A stretch of DNA of 64,000 nt from NCBI GenBank assembly GCA_964452565.1, contig CAYVLY010000001.1, forward strand, positions 579,053 through 643,052, written 5' to 3'. A program made the position numbers and the translations under genes. Under the pieces are notes generated by a model. The model did not search any database. It was not told the origin of the DNA and saw only the letters and a list, made by a program, of their open reading frames with translations. Origin of the DNA: an uncultured Gammaproteobacteria bacterium (GTDB lineage Bacteria > Patescibacteriota > Patescibacteriia > UBA9934). Positions 9,705-20,932 of the stretch are shown piece after piece (within the stretch, counting starts at the first letter, position 1; every line of letters starts with the position of its first letter).

Positions 9705-12700
9705 TTAGCGGTTGTTTTGTTGTGATTTTGTATCGATGTCTATCGCCTCTCCTTCGTCGAGAAGCTCTACATCCAAACACAACCCCTTAAGCTCACGAAT
9801 GAGCACATTGAATGATTCAGGAATATTAACCTTTCTAATTGGATCACCCTTGATGATTGCCTCATAAGCCTTTGAGCGGCCTGGGACATCGTCTGACTTA
9901 ATGGTCAAAATCTCTTGCAGGGTATGTGCTGCTCCATAAGCCTCAAGCGCCCAGACCTCCATCTCTCCAAATCGCTGTCCTCCAAACTGTGCTTTTCCTC
10001 CAAGAGGCTGTTGAGTAATTAATGAGTATGGGCCGATAGATCGCTGGTGCATCTTATCCTCAATCATGTGGTTCAGCTTCAGCATGTACATCACACCGAC
10101 GGTTACAGGATTATCAAACTCCTCTCCATTTCTGCCATCAAGCAATTTTCTTTGACCGCTTAGATGGTGCCCGGCGGTTTCAAGCTCCTTTCGAATCATG
10201 TCTTCTGGGACTCCAGCAAACACAGGGGACGCTACGTGATAATCAAGAGTGTCAGCCGCAAGTCCGAGGTGAACCTCTAGGATCTGACCAAGGTTCATAC
10301 GTGACACAACCCCGAGCGGAGTAAGAATCACATCAACTGGTCTACCCTCCTTTGTGAAAGGCATATCCTCTATAGGAACTACGCGTGATACAACGCCCTT
10401 GTTTCCATGTCGTCCTGCCATCTTGTCTCCAACCTGCATCTTTCGAAGGTCTGCAATAGTAACCTGAACTGACCTTACTACTCCTGCTGGCAAATTATCT
10501 CCATCCTCACGTGAGAAAATCTTTACGTCTACCACCTTTCCTTTATTTCCATGTTGCAGATACATTGATGAATCACGAACATCTCGTGCCTTTTCTCCAA
10601 AGATCGCTCGTAACAACTTTTCCTCGGCTGAAAGTTCTGTCTCACCCTTTGGCGTGATCTTTCCTACCAAAATATCTCCTGACTTTACCTCTGCACCTGT
10701 TCGGATGATTCCTTCGGAATCCAAATTCTTAAGCTTTTCCTCTGAGACGTTTGGGATATCAGATGTCACAACCTCAGGTCCAAGCTTAGTATCACGCACA
10801 TCAAGAGTGTGGTGCTCGAGGTGGAGTGTTGTGAAACGATCATCTTGAACAATCTTTTCAGAAAGAATGATTGCATCCTCGTAGTTGCATCCGTCCCAAC
10901 TCATGAAAGCAACCATCATGTTCTGACCAAGCGCCAACTCACCCTCATCAACAGAAGGACCGTCTGCGAGAACAGCTCCCTTTTTGAACTTTTCACCAAC
11001 CATTACAATTGGCCGCTGGTTGATTGAAGTTGAGTGGTTTGATCGTTTAAACTTATTCAAAGTGTATGTAACCTCTCCATCCTTTTTGTATTCAACTACG
11101 ATCTTTCCGCCATCTACATACTTAATTTCTCCATCTTCACGAGCAGTTAGAACGTGTCCTGAATCAATTGCAGCACGTCGCTCTCGCCCAGTTCCAATTC
11201 GTGGAGCCTCTGGTCTGATTGGCGGAACAGCCTGGCGTTGCATGTTAGATCCCATCAACGCTCGAGTTGCATCATCGTGCTCTAAGAAAGGAATTAATGA
11301 AGTTCCGATTGATACGATTTGTGCTGATGAAACATCCAAATAGTTTACTTCCTGCGCCTGAACCAATCGCGCCTCACCAAACTTTCGTGCCTCTACTCTG
11401 TCTGCGTCAATATATCCATCATCAGTAAGTGGGATTGTTGCGGGACATGTAACTGACTTTTCTTCTTTAAAGGCGTTAATGTATTCAATATCGTCCGTTA
11501 CCTTCATCTTTCCGTCCTCATTCACAACTTTTCTGTACGGAGTTTCGATAAAACCGTACTTGTTGATTCGAGCATAACTTGAAAGCTGACCAACAAGTCC
11601 AATATTCGGTCCCTCAGGAGTTTGTACTGGACAGATTCGTCCATAGTGAGTTGTATGCACATCACGAACTTCAAATCCTGCACGCTCACGTGACAATCCA
11701 CCTTGACCCAAGGCTGACAAACGACGCTTGTGCTCAAGCTCCGCCAGTGGATTGGTTTGATCCATGAACTGCGAAAGCTGTGATGACATGAAGAACTCTC
11801 TTGTTGCTCCAATTACTGGCCGCGCATTAATCAAACGACCTGGAGTAATAGACTCTATGTCCTGCGTACTCATTCTATCGCGGACAATCCGCTCCATTCG
11901 TGCAAGACCGATACGGAATCGTCCTTGAATTAGCTCTCCAACCGCACGCACACGTCGGTTTCCAAGGTGGTCAACATCATCTGGTTCTTCTTGGGTGATG
12001 TTTAATCGAATAATCTCGCGAATAATGTCTACTAGATCTTCTTTTCGTAAAATTCGGTTCTCCTCAATTGTTACCCCATCTTCTGGATTCTCTTTATGAA
12101 AACGTGTGTTGAACTTAAACCGTCCAACCGGGCCCAAATCATATCGATCAAAATTGAAGAACATTGAATGAATCAACTGCTTTGCATTCTCTGCAGTGGC
12201 CAGATCTCCTGGACGGATTCGTTTATACACCTCCTTAAGCCCCTCTTCCTCATTAGTAGAGATATCCTTTGCCAATGTGGTTTCAATGTACTTATTCAGT
12301 GGATGGGTATCAATATCCTTGAACAAATCAAGGATCTCTTCATCTGTAAAAAATCCAAATGCGCGTAAAAGTGCTGTTACCGCCACCTTACGCTTTCTAT
12401 CAATCTTTACCCAAATAACATTTTTAGCATCTGTCTCAAACTCCAGCCATGCTCCGCGATTTGGAATGATTTTTGCTCCATAGTATCGACGTCCACGTAT
12501 TGCCTCTGCAGTAAAGAACGCTCCAGCTGATCGAACCAACTGGGAAACAATCACTCGCTCAGCTCCATTAATGATGAATGTTCCTCTGTCTGTCATTACA
12601 GGGAGGTCACCAAGGAAAATCTCCTGTTCTTTGCTATCTTTTGTACGAAGGTTGGTCAATTTTGCCTTCACACGAAGTGGCGCTTCAAAGGTAATGTTCT

Positions 12701-12944
12701 TATCCTTTGAGGTCTTTTCATCGAATTTAGGCTCGTCAATGAAATATTCACCGAATGTTAGCTCCAAATCACGACCAATAAAGTCCTGAATTGGAGATAC
12801 TTCAGAAAGAAGCTCTGAAATCCCCTCCTTTAGAAACCAGTCATATGATGACTTTTGAACTTCGATCAAATCTGGAAGCTCCATCGCCTCTCGCATTGAG
12901 TCAAAGTACTTGCGCTCTCGCACAGAAGATGTCTTTTTCGCCAT
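9705..12944 (-). CDS. rpoB: DNA-directed RNA polymerase subunit beta
   Basis: 1079 aa; canonical rpoB-rpoC order; conserved RpoB blocks (e.g. GRHGNKGV). Confidence 0.95.
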   Translation of the reverse strand: MAKKTSSVRERKYFDSMREAMELPDLIEVQKSSYDWFLKEGISELLSEVSPIQDFIGRDLELTFGEYFIDEPKFDEKTSKDKNITFEAPLRVKAKLTNLRTKDSKEQEIFLGDLPVMTDRGTFIINGAERVIVSQLVRSAGAFFTAEAIRGRRYYGAKIIPNRGAWLEFETDAKNVIWVKIDRKRKVAVTALLRAFGFFTDEEILDLFKDIDTHPLNKYIETTLAKDISTNEEEGLKEVYKRIRPGDLATAENAKQLIHSMFFNFDRYDLGPVGRFKFNTRFHKENPEDGVTIEENRILRKEDLVDIIREIIRLNITQEEPDDVDHLGNRRVRAVGELIQGRFRIGLARMERIVRDRMSTQDIESITPGRLINARPVIGATREFFMSSQLSQFMDQTNPLAELEHKRRLSALGQGGLSRERAGFEVRDVHTTHYGRICPVQTPEGPNIGLVGQLSSYARINKYGFIETPYRKVVNEDGKMKVTDDIEYINAFKEEKSVTCPATIPLTDDGYIDADRVEARKFGEARLVQAQEVNYLDVSSAQIVSIGTSLIPFLEHDDATRALMGSNMQRQAVPPIRPEAPRIGTGRERRAAIDSGHVLTAREDGEIKYVDGGKIVVEYKKDGEVTYTLNKFKRSNHSTSINQRPIVMVGEKFKKGAVLADGPSVDEGELALGQNMMVAFMSWDGCNYEDAIILSEKIVQDDRFTTLHLEHHTLDVRDTKLGPEVVTSDIPNVSEEKLKNLDSEGIIRTGAEVKSGDILVGKITPKGETELSAEEKLLRAIFGEKARDVRDSSMYLQHGNKGKVVDVKIFSREDGDNLPAGVVRSVQVTIADLRKMQVGDKMAGRHGNKGVVSRVVPIEDMPFTKEGRPVDVILTPLGVVSRMNLGQILEVHLGLAADTLDYHVASPVFAGVPEDMIRKELETAGHHLSGQRKLLDGRNGEEFDNPVTVGVMYMLKLNHMIEDKMHQRSIGPYSLITQQPLGGKAQFGGQRFGEMEVWALEAYGAAHTLQEILTIKSDDVPGRSKAYEAIIKGDPIRKVNIPESFNVLIRELKGLCLDVELLDEGEAIDIDTKSQQNNR

Positions 12945-13545
12945 ATAAACAAAAATCGCCTCATTACCCTCAATGAAGCTTATTATTGGGTTGAATTTTG
13001 CGCTTCCAAAGACTGCGCCACACAGTTCGCAGAGTCTAGAAGAAGGTGTTTGGGGGTCACCAGTTGTACAACTTATTTACTAACGTTAGGAATGTATCAC
13101 CCCTTTGACGTCATAGTATGGGTGTTGGAAATTCCTACTCGCTAAAGCGACGCAAGTATATCAAAAGAAATGAAGTTTGGTCAAATGCAGCTATATATTT
13201 CAATCCCCTCCTATGTTTACGAACTGCAGGACAAGGACACAAATAGCCATCCGAGCCAATGCTAGTGCACGAGAGGAGAGAGAGCCTTGCAGAAGCAAGG
13301 GACGTGCAGACATTGATCCGACGACTTGCACCTCATCCCGCAGTTTATAAACAAAGAAATTAAAGTAGCATGGCTTTGCCTATATAATAATTGATCTTGA
13401 TTTTTTTGTGAATGTGGATGGGTTGCGGTCTTCAGATAGATTTGATTAAATACTGCTGCAACCTGATCGTCATGTCGACACAGGGAGTGCAACGCAACCC
13501 ATTCCCAACTCAAGGAGAGTACATGCAGGCCGCCATCGACTCATC

Positions 13546-13800
13546 GTGACAGAAGCATGGTACACGCAACTGCTCGTTGTTGATGAAGAGACCAGTGAAA
13601 CGGTCGGCTTCTTCTACAACGTAAACATCTATGACGATCTCTACCGTGAACTTCGAACTCTCACCCGGCAAGATCCGCCTTACGATCCAGGTGCATCGTT
13701 GTTCGCCCTCCTGCCTCCCGATAGGAAGCTTGTCCCACCCCAGAACCGCGAACGCGTTCAGGAACTCCTGACACAACTGCGGGAAAAGGGCTACAAATAG
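13546..13800 (+). CDS. Small hypothetical protein (84 aa), GTG start overlapping the stop of an 8-aa upstream ORF
   Basis: ORF followed by an aacccgcgc-tctc-gcgcgggtt hairpin. An upstream mini-ORF atgcaggccgccatcgactcatcgtga (13523-13549) has an AAGGAGAG SD, and its TGA overlaps the GTG start. Confidence 0.35.
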   Translation: MTEAWYTQLLVVDEETSETVGFFYNVNIYDDLYRELRTLTRQDPPYDPGASLFALLPPDRKLVPPQNRERVQELLTQLREKGYK

Positions 13801-13816
13801 GAGATCTTGCACACGC

Positions 13817-13850
13817 AACCCGCGCTCTCGCGCGGGTTTACGTTATATTA
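13817..13850 (+). terminator. Stem-loop terminator candidate
   Basis: 9-bp perfect stem aacccgcgc/gcgcgggtt with loop tctc, then a T-containing tract. Confidence 0.4.
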
Positions 13851-13912
13851 GTGATTGACAACAAACCCATTAAAGGGTACTTTTCAACACAGCTATCAAT
13901 GGGAGAAAAATC

Positions 13913-14143
13913 GTGCCAGTACCAAACCCACCCCACCAAATTCGCAGAAGTGTTATTGTGAAAGACGAAAATGGCAGGTATCTTGCATTCAAAAAAGGAG
14001 TAAATCAGCTACGCAATCCTACATTGGAGAGATTGAAGGCCATTGCAACGCAGCATAGACTCCGCTTTGGAGGACCACTTGTTCTCACTATCGCTGAAGC
14101 TGATACGCATAAAGCCAACCAACTGCTTGAAGCCCTCAAATGA
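13913..14143 (+). CDS. Small hypothetical protein (76 aa)
   Basis: ORF MPVPNPPHQIRRSVIVKDENGRYLAFKKG..., followed by a hairpin and T-run terminator. Confidence 0.35.
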   Translation: MPVPNPPHQIRRSVIVKDENGRYLAFKKGVNQLRNPTLERLKAIATQHRLRFGGPLVLTIAEADTHKANQLLEALK

Positions 14144-14163
14144 GTGAGACCCTCTAATTCTAC

Positions 14164-14192
14164 TCCCGCACTTCGGTGCGGCTTTTGCTTTT
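14164..14192 (+). terminator. Rho-independent terminator (convergent with the recA stop)
   Basis: cccgcac-ttcg-gtgcggc hairpin, then cttttgcttttc. Confidence 0.5.
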
Positions 14193-15197
14193 CTAATTTT
14201 GCTCTTTTATTGCCTTTTCGGTTGCTTTCCTAATCTGCTTCAGGAGTTTCTTATCCTTCATCATGAACTGCCGAGTGTTTTCCCTTCCGACTCCGAGCTT
14301 AACATCGCCAAATGTGTAGGTGTTGCCACGCTTATCAATCGAGCCAATCTGGATCCCAACATCAAGCAGATCCCCTGCAATAGATATTCCTTCGTTGTAC
14401 ATGATATCGAACTCGCAGCGCTGGAATGGGGGAGCAACCTTATTCTTGACGATCTTTGCCTTTACGCGGTTTCCGATAATTTGCTCACCCTGTTTGATCT
14501 GCGCTGAACGACGGACTTCGATTCGTACAGAAGAGTAAAACTTAAGCGCATTTCCACCAGAAGTGGTTTCTGGATTGCCAAACATCACTCCGATCTTATG
14601 CCGAATCTGGTTTATGAAAATGACAGTTGTATTTGACTTTGCAACAAGCCCCGCCAGCTTTCTGAGCGCCTGACTCATCAATCGTGCCTGCAATCCAACA
14701 TGGTGATCTCCCATATCACCTTCGATCTCAGCCTTTGGTGTAAGTGCTGCAACCGAATCAACTACCACAACATCCACCGCGCTTGATCGAACAAGTGTAT
14801 CAACAATTTCAAGCGCCTGTTCCCCAGTATCAGGTTGTGAGATAAACAGCTCTTCGATATTAACTCCGATCTTTGCTGCATACTCAGGATCCAGTGCATG
14901 CTCAGCATCAACAAATGCAGCAACACCTCCGGTCTTCTGCACTTCAGCTACAACATGCTGCGCAAGCGTTGTTTTACCTGATGATTCTGGTCCATAAACC
15001 TCAATAATTCGTCCACGCGGCACACCGCCTATACCAAGTGCGAGATCTAGAGATAGACACCCAGTGGATACTGATTCAACATTCATGGCTTTCGCTTCCC
15101 CAAGTCGCATAATCGATCCCTCGCCAAACCGTTGCTTGATTTGAGATATTGCCTCATCAGCTGCTTGGAACCTAGCTTTTTGTTCTTCTTTTGACAT
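14193..15197 (-). CDS. recA: Recombinase RecA
   Basis: [34 protein letters not shown]...[11 protein letters not shown]...; the ORF-track start at 15239 is probably upstream of the true start MSKEEQ. Confidence 0.95.
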   Translation of the reverse strand: MSKEEQKARFQAADEAISQIKQRFGEGSIMRLGEAKAMNVESVSTGCLSLDLALGIGGVPRGRIIEVYGPESSGKTTLAQHVVAEVQKTGGVAAFVDAEHALDPEYAAKIGVNIEELFISQPDTGEQALEIVDTLVRSSAVDVVVVDSVAALTPKAEIEGDMGDHHVGLQARLMSQALRKLAGLVAKSNTTVIFINQIRHKIGVMFGNPETTSGGNALKFYSSVRIEVRRSAQIKQGEQIIGNRVKAKIVKNKVAPPFQRCEFDIMYNEGISIAGDLLDVGIQIGSIDKRGNTYTFGDVKLGVGRENTRQFMMKDKKLLKQIRKATEKAIKEQN

Positions 15198-15304
15198 AGT
15201 TATTATTATGAATAAGACGCGCCCAGAGAGAAAAAACAAAAGAACGGCTTTTTCGCGCGTCCTCCTCGAGGAACCTTACAGAGATTCCTTGCTTACATTA
15301 TATC

Positions 15305-16054
15305 TTATTGTACAGAATATCCTACCTGACTTATCCCCGACTGTGCCTGAGGGTCAAATACAACAGATCGCTCGATAATTGCCTTTCTTGAGTATCGTCG
15401 TTCAGCCTCAATAACCAAATCATTAAGCCCTTGTTCTAGATCCACAGTGGTTTCAAAGGTAAAATCATCATTCACTACAATCGGCTCTCCATTGATATAG
15501 ACACTTGCCTCACCCTCCACTAAGCCATAAACAGAGATTTCTGCGTCATGGGTCAAAATATCATCTGCTGGTGATAAAAGAACTATCTCAGGTGGCTCAA
15601 TGATCGAAATTAGCTGCCAGCCTATGTATGAAACAACGCACAACAGAAGCGCTGCGATGATTCCATATCGAACAAACTTGTTCCAAATGTAGAACCGCTT
15701 GCTTTTCACTCGCTGTCGCGGTGAACACATTGGCTCAATCAAGTCACACAGTCCACATTCCTCATCATAGAGCTCTAAAAAGTACTTTTCGTCTGCACCT
15801 AGCGCTCGAGCATAGGCTCGAATAAAATTTCGAGCATAAAGCGGCTCTGGCAAATCCTCAAACTTCCCTTTCTCAAGCGCTTCAAGATAATTGCGCTGAA
15901 TATGAGTCTTGCCTTCCATCATGTCTAGGGTCACTGCTTGATTGCGACGCAAAGCACGGAGCTTCTCAGCTAAGCTCTGGGGCTCTCCGTCCAATTGTCG
16001 CTTTACAAAGACCATAAATCTATTCGCTATACTCTTCCTCTTCTTCATCTTCAT
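15305..16054 (-). CDS. RodZ-like HTH (XRE-type) membrane protein
   Basis: N-terminal HTH LRALRRNQAVTLDMMEGKTHIQRNYLEALEKGKFEDLP, a single TM segment (IIAALLLCVVSYIGW), and a C-terminal domain; the start overlaps the ftsK 3' end. Confidence 0.5.
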   Translation of the reverse strand: MKMKKRKSIANRFMVFVKRQLDGEPQSLAEKLRALRRNQAVTLDMMEGKTHIQRNYLEALEKGKFEDLPEPLYARNFIRAYARALGADEKYFLELYDEECGLCDLIEPMCSPRQRVKSKRFYIWNKFVRYGIIAALLLCVVSYIGWQLISIIEPPEIVLLSPADDILTHDAEISVYGLVEGEASVYINGEPIVVNDDFTFETTVDLEQGLNDLVIEAERRYSRKAIIERSVVFDPQAQSGISQVGYSVQ

Positions 16055-18308
16055 CGTACCCCTCCTCTTCATCCTCTACAAACTCCTCGTCCACATCTTC
16101 ATCAACATATTCTTCCTCGTCTTTCTCGTACTCATCTTCAAACTCTTCCTCTTCTTCATGGCCATCACCAGCCATCTCTCGAAGCTCAGTCTCTTTTTCT
16201 TGACGACCGCCCTGTGGCCATTCATCTACTAAAACCTCTCGTGGTCTTGATCCATTTGCACCTCCCACAATACCCATCTCTTCCATCGTGTCGATGATTC
16301 GAGCAGCTCTAGAGTATCCAACCTTGATTCTTCGCTGTAAAAATGAAGTCGAAGCCTTTCCTGACTCAATCACAACTTCAATTGCCTCATTAAGAAGTGG
16401 GTCAGCGTCCTCACCTGCAAAGGAAGTGCCTCCTGTTCGAGTATCTTCTGTGACTTGGTAGTTATAATCAGGCTCACCCTGCTTCTTGAGGAATACAACA
16501 ACACGCTCAATCTCCTCATCAGAAACAAAAGCTCCTTGCAGTCGTCTTGGTTTTGAAATTTGTGGCGTGGTCATCAGCATGTCCCCACGTCCAAGCAACT
16601 TCTCAGCACCAGCTTGATCTAGAATAGTCTTTGAGTCCACCTGAGATGCAACAGCAAACGCGAGTCGCGTCGGGATGTTGGCTTTAATCAAACCAGTGAT
16701 AACATCCACCGAAGGTCGTTGCGTTGCCAAAACAAGATGAATCCCAACTGCACGAGCCATTTGAGAAATTCTAACGATCACAGCCTCAACATCTCGTTTG
16801 TTTTGGCTCATTAAGTCTGCAAGCTCATCAATCACGATCACTATCTTTGGCATTCTGTCCTTACACTTCTTGTTATATACATCAATATCACGAGCACCCT
16901 GCTTTGCCAGATGATCAAGACGTCGCTCCATCTCTCTTACAGCCCATTTAAGGGCATTGATTGCCTCATCAACCTTTGTAATCGGTGGAATGAGTAGGTG
17001 TGGGATACCTGAATATACACCCATTTCAACACGCTTAGGGTCAACCATAATGAACTTGAGATCATCAGGTCCATTCTGATACAAAAGCGACAAAATAATG
17101 TCATTCAAACAAACTGACTTACCAGATCCAGTAGCACCTGCCACTAACATATGTGGCGCCTTATCAACTGCAACCATATTTACAGCACCCCCAACATCTT
17201 TTCCAAGTGGTGATGTGAAATTTGTCTTACGATGCTTAAATGCCTTTGAATCCATAAGCTCACGCAAGCAAACGATTCCAACTTTTTGGTTTGGTACCTC
17301 GATTCCCACTAGCGACCTGCCCGGAATTGGTGCTTCAATCCTAATCGGATGCGCTGCAAGTGCTAGGGCCAGATCATTATGAAGTGCAATGATGCGTGAG
17401 AGCTTGACCCCTTCAGCTGGTCGAAGCGCGTATTGAGTTACAGTTGGGCCAACCCGTACATCTGCCATCTCAACATCGATGCCAAAGTTCTCAAAAGTAC
17501 GACGAATGATCTCTTGATTTCGGTCAATATCTCCTGATTTACCATCAGTACCACTCTCATTGAGAAGATTAAGTGGAATCTCAACTTTTCGCCTACGGCG
17601 ACTTGTCATAATAGATTCACTCTCATCAGATTCCTCTATTTCAGCTTCTTCAGTTCGATCATCAACCTCTTCTTTCTCTTCATCCTCGTCATATTCTTCC
17701 TCTTCAAACTCCTCATCTTCAATAAAAAGCGCGTCCTCGTCATCAAGATCGTCCGATTTCTTTATCAAACCTCCAAGCTGTGCAAAATGACCAGGGACCG
17801 TAAGAATACTTTGCAATGAAATATCAAATATCAAAATTATCGCAATACACAAGGCTGCAAAAACTATCACAAATGACCCCCAGAATCCTAACCAACCCAC
17901 CAGCAGTTCTGAAACAACCATTCCAACATACCCACCTGCTTTTGACAGTTCTTCAACTGAAAACACGTCGTCAAGGATAAATAAGTTCAAAAGTCCATTA
18001 AATGATAAGAAAAACAATATGAGACCGATGTAATTTACAACACCAAAGACAGATCTATGCGGGAATATGATATGCCAACCGATCACAATTAACACAAGTG
18101 AGAACAACCAACGATCCCATCCAAAGACTTGTGCCAGTATTCCATCTGCCCATGTACCAGCAGATCCTGCTAGATCAAAAAAGGCAAGCAAAAAGAAAAC
18201 CGCGAGTGCGGCTAACCCAATTGCAAAAATACTTTGTTTTACGCCATCTGAGAGACCAGATGACTTACTGCGCGACCCACCGCGCTTCCTGCGACGTTTC
18301 TTTGCCAT
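16020..18308 (-). CDS. ftsK: DNA translocase FtsK/SpoIIIE with a poly-acidic C-terminal extension
   Basis: N-terminal TMs, Walker A VAGATGSGKSV, gamma-domain wHTH (SFLQRRIKVGYSRAARIIDTMEEMGIV), then an ~80-aa D/E-only tail; probable start MAKKRRRK. Confidence 0.9.
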   Translation of the reverse strand: MAKKRRRKRGGSRSKSSGLSDGVKQSIFAIGLAALAVFFLLAFFDLAGSAGTWADGILAQVFGWDRWLFSLVLIVIGWHIIFPHRSVFGVVNYIGLILFFLSFNGLLNLFILDDVFSVEELSKAGGYVGMVVSELLVGWLGFWGSFVIVFAALCIAIILIFDISLQSILTVPGHFAQLGGLIKKSDDLDDEDALFIEDEEFEEEEYDEDEEKEEVDDRTEEAEIEESDESESIMTSRRRRKVEIPLNLLNESGTDGKSGDIDRNQEIIRRTFENFGIDVEMADVRVGPTVTQYALRPAEGVKLSRIIALHNDLALALAAHPIRIEAPIPGRSLVGIEVPNQKVGIVCLRELMDSKAFKHRKTNFTSPLGKDVGGAVNMVAVDKAPHMLVAGATGSGKSVCLNDIILSLLYQNGPDDLKFIMVDPKRVEMGVYSGIPHLLIPPITKVDEAINALKWAVREMERRLDHLAKQGARDIDVYNKKCKDRMPKIVIVIDELADLMSQNKRDVEAVIVRISQMARAVGIHLVLATQRPSVDVITGLIKANIPTRLAFAVASQVDSKTILDQAGAEKLLGRGDMLMTTPQISKPRRLQGAFVSDEEIERVVVFLKKQGEPDYNYQVTEDTRTGGTSFAGEDADPLLNEAIEVVIESGKASTSFLQRRIKVGYSRAARIIDTMEEMGIVGGANGSRPREVLVDEWPQGGRQEKETELREMAGDGHEEEEEFEDEYEKDEEEYVDEDVDEEFVEDEEEGYDEDEEEEEYSE

Positions 18309-18366
18309 AGCAGTATGTATTTTATCACATCTAATCATTATTTGATGCGTAAAATGGGCACAAGCA

Positions 18367-18395
18367 TTGACAAAATGCCTTTTTTGTTATATATT
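18367..18395 (+). promoter_or_regulatory. Sigma70-like promoter for the PP2C gene
   Basis: TTGACA (18367-18372), 17-nt spacer, TATATT (18390-18395); AAAGGAGA SD 7 nt before the ATG at 18468. Confidence 0.5.
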
Positions 18396-18467
18396 CAGTG
18401 GTCTTCGGACGAAATTTCCCCCCTTCACACTCACCCCCTTCACGATCCATGATCAAAAGGAGATGCT

Positions 18468-19367
18468 ATGGCCATCGAAGCCGCAGCACGCGTACACATC
18501 GGTGGACGCTCAAATCAGGAGGACGGAGCGACCTGTCTGGTCTCTCCGAGAGGCACCATCGCCTTACTCGCAGCCATCGACGGCATGGGCGGCCCTGATA
18601 GGGGTGAGTACGCTACCGGCGTGACCCGCTCACACCTCACGCGCCTGGCTGGACAAAGACCAACTGTCGGCAAGCTGTGTGCGGAGCTGTTGGCGGCAGA
18701 TGTCAATATCCGGGCTGACTCAGACGCCAAGGGTATCCACGAAAGCAACCTGCCCGGCTGTGTGGTGACGGCTGCGTGGATCAATCAACGCACGGGCAAC
18801 TTGATCATCGCCCACATCGGCGACACTCGCTGCTACATGATGGTCCCCCGCCAGAGCTGGATTCAAGTAACAACTGACCACACCCTGGTTCAACAAGATC
18901 ACCCGAGATTCACAGAGTCCGAGAGGATGATGTGCACGTACAACAGCATCATAACTCGCCATGTTGGTCGAGGATCGGACAAAATCGAGTTCTACGAACC
19001 CACGTGCCCAGACACCTATGCCCTGCTGCTCTGCAGCGACGGACTGCACGATGTGGTTCACGAGGACATCATCAACATGGTGATGTATGGGCTGTGGACC
19101 AAGAAGACCTACGATCAGGTTCTGCTCGAGTCCGAACGGGTCACCGAGATCCACCGAGAGCTGAACATCGCCGACAACGTTCTCGTGCTCAAGGTCATCG
19201 AGATTCTGCTGCGGGCCCGCAAGGGTGGGCGCACCTGCGCCCAGGTCGCCAGCGATCTCATCGAGCTCTCGCTGCTGTACCAGCCGCACCTCAAGGCCGA
19301 CAATGTCACCGTCGTGGTCGCTCGCGTGACGCCGACCACTACGGTCGTTGCCAAAATCGTACCTTAG
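18468..19367 (+). CDS. PP2C-family Ser/Thr protein phosphatase (high-GC island)
   Basis: GGRSNQEDGATC...AAIDGMGGPDRGEYA...LLCSDGL...DNVTVVVARV are PP2C motifs; ~63% GC versus ~45% for the neighbours. Confidence 0.8.
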   Translation: MAIEAAARVHIGGRSNQEDGATCLVSPRGTIALLAAIDGMGGPDRGEYATGVTRSHLTRLAGQRPTVGKLCAELLAADVNIRADSDAKGIHESNLPGCVVTAAWINQRTGNLIIAHIGDTRCYMMVPRQSWIQVTTDHTLVQQDHPRFTESERMMCTYNSIITRHVGRGSDKIEFYEPTCPDTYALLLCSDGLHDVVHEDIINMVMYGLWTKKTYDQVLLESERVTEIHRELNIADNVLVLKVIEILLRARKGGRTCAQVASDLIELSLLYQPHLKADNVTVVVARVTPTTTVVAKIVP

Positions 19368-19391
19368 CAGATTCTCTCTGCTACGGGATTC

Positions 19392-19455
19392 AGCCCACCC
19401 CTCACCCGGGTGGGCTTGTTGCATCAAAAAATCCAGAATTTTCTGGATTTTTTGT
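19392..19455 (+). terminator. Tandem rho-independent terminators (bidirectional; PP2C gene convergent with efp)
   Basis: gcccaccc-ctcaccc-gggtgggc hairpin, then aaaaaatccagaa-ttctggatttttt hairpin with a T-run; downstream AT-rich block with the palindrome tgtttattc-tg-gaataaaca (19479-19498). Confidence 0.6.
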
Positions 19456-19524
19456 TTAAATGTTTAAATTGTTTAATGTGTTTATTCTGGAATAAACATG
19501 TTCATCATTTTAAACATTTTCAAC

Positions 19525-20091
19525 CTACCTATTCACCCGTTCTAAATAGGTACCCTCCTCAGTATTAACTCGAATCGTATCTCCTTGTTTGATAAAAATC
19601 GGTACGCGAACTTTTAGGCCATTACCCATCACTGCATCTTTTTGAACATTCCCAGAAACCGTATCGCCTTTTGTAGCTGGTTCAGTTTGCGCAACCTCAT
19701 AATCAGCCTTAACAGGAATATCAACTGCTATTGGCTGATCACCATACATTATAACAGTAACCTCAAGCCCCTCTTTTAGATAAGGCGCAGCCTCGCCAAC
19801 TGTGTCAGCATCGATCATCACCTGCTCATAGGTCACCCCATCCATAAATGTGAATGATCCGCCCTCTGAAAAAATGTACTGCATCTTCTTGTTCATCACA
19901 TCTGCAAACTCTAGAGTTTCTCCAGATTTGAAATTCTCCTCAATAACTTTCCCAGATGAAAGTGATTTCATACGTGTACGGACAAAACCGCCACCACGAC
20001 CTGATGATGACCGCGTATAACTAACAACAACCCAAAGGTCGTCTTTATATTTGATAACTGTTCCACGTCGAATAGAAGTTGGAGAAGCCAT
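19525..20091 (-). CDS. efp: Elongation factor P
   Basis: 188 aa; KPGKGGAF-like region SSSGRGGGFVRTRMKS and EF-P OB-domain pattern. Confidence 0.9.
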   Translation of the reverse strand: MASPTSIRRGTVIKYKDDLWVVVSYTRSSSGRGGGFVRTRMKSLSSGKVIEENFKSGETLEFADVMNKKMQYIFSEGGSFTFMDGVTYEQVMIDADTVGEAAPYLKEGLEVTVIMYGDQPIAVDIPVKADYEVAQTEPATKGDTVSGNVQKDAVMGNGLKVRVPIFIKQGDTIRVNTEEGTYLERVNR

Positions 20092-20104
20092 AGAATAAAA
20101 ATTT

Positions 20105-20200
20105 AGAAACCTCCCCTGGCCCCTCCTTCGTAAGGAGGGGGATCACAATTTTTGACCCTCCCCCTTTCGAAGGGGGAGTTGGAGGGGGTATATAATACTT
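20105..20200. terminator. Two tandem GC hairpins in the rpsR-efp intergenic region (operon terminator / efp leader)
   Basis: cccctccttcgtaaggagggg and ctcccccttcgaaagggggag hairpins; a TATAAT-like box at ~20196. Confidence 0.45.
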
Positions 20201-20249
20201 AAGATCAAAGAAGCGAGCTTATTGCCCGCCTCTTATTGTATCAATTTCA

Positions 20250-20486
20250 TTATTTATGTACGAACGGGAGCAATGCCATAATTCGAGCTCGCTTGATTGC
20301 AAGTGAGATCTGTCGCTGGTGTCGAGTACAAACTCCGCTTCGCTTGCGAGGAACAATCTTTCCAAAAGAAGAGATGTATCGTCGCAAAAGTCCAGTATTC
20401 TTGTAATCAATAATTGCATCCTTGTTCACGCAGAAGTTACAGTATCGTGATGACTCCTTCTGCTTCATTGTTGTAATTTTTGCCAT
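20250..20486 (-). CDS. rpsR: 30S ribosomal protein S18
   Basis: [61 protein letters not shown]. Confidence 0.9.
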   Translation of the reverse strand: MAKITTMKQKESSRYCNFCVNKDAIIDYKNTGLLRRYISSFGKIVPRKRSGVCTRHQRQISLAIKRARIMALLPFVHK

Positions 20487-20487
20487 A

Positions 20488-20931
20488 TTAGAATGGAATA
20501 TCTTCTAGTTTAATCTCGTCGTCAGCTGCCGGTGCTGGTGCTGAGCTCTCTGTTGGTGCTGGTGCAGATGATCCTGCTGAAAATCCTGCTGAATCATTTC
20601 GGCCACCAAGCATAACCATATTTTCTGCAATAATCTCAGTTCGGTATCGCTTTACTCCATCTTGTCCTTCCCAGTCACGAGTCTGAAGTCGACCTTCGAT
20701 ATACACACGATTACCCTTTTTTAGGTACTGTGTGATTATTTCTGCAAGCTTTGCCCATGCAACAACATTGTGGAACTCTGCTTGCTCTTGCTTTTCTCCG
20801 CTAGCGTCCTTCCATGTTCGGTTTGTTGCAACTCCGAAAGAACATACTGCTGTTCCTGATCCAGTTTGTCGCAATTCTGGGTCCCGTGTAAGGTTCCCGA
20901 TAATCATTGCTTTGTTAAGTGAAGAAGCCAT
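20488..20931 (-). CDS. ssb: Single-stranded DNA-binding protein
   Basis: OB-fold N-terminus [23 protein letters not shown] and a C-terminal acidic tip ...[11 protein letters not shown]. Confidence 0.9.
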   Translation of the reverse strand: MASSLNKAMIIGNLTRDPELRQTGSGTAVCSFGVATNRTWKDASGEKQEQAEFHNVVAWAKLAEIITQYLKKGNRVYIEGRLQTRDWEGQDGVKRYRTEIIAENMVMLGGRNDSAGFSAGSSAPAPTESSAPAPAADDEIKLEDIPF

Positions 20932-20932
20932 A

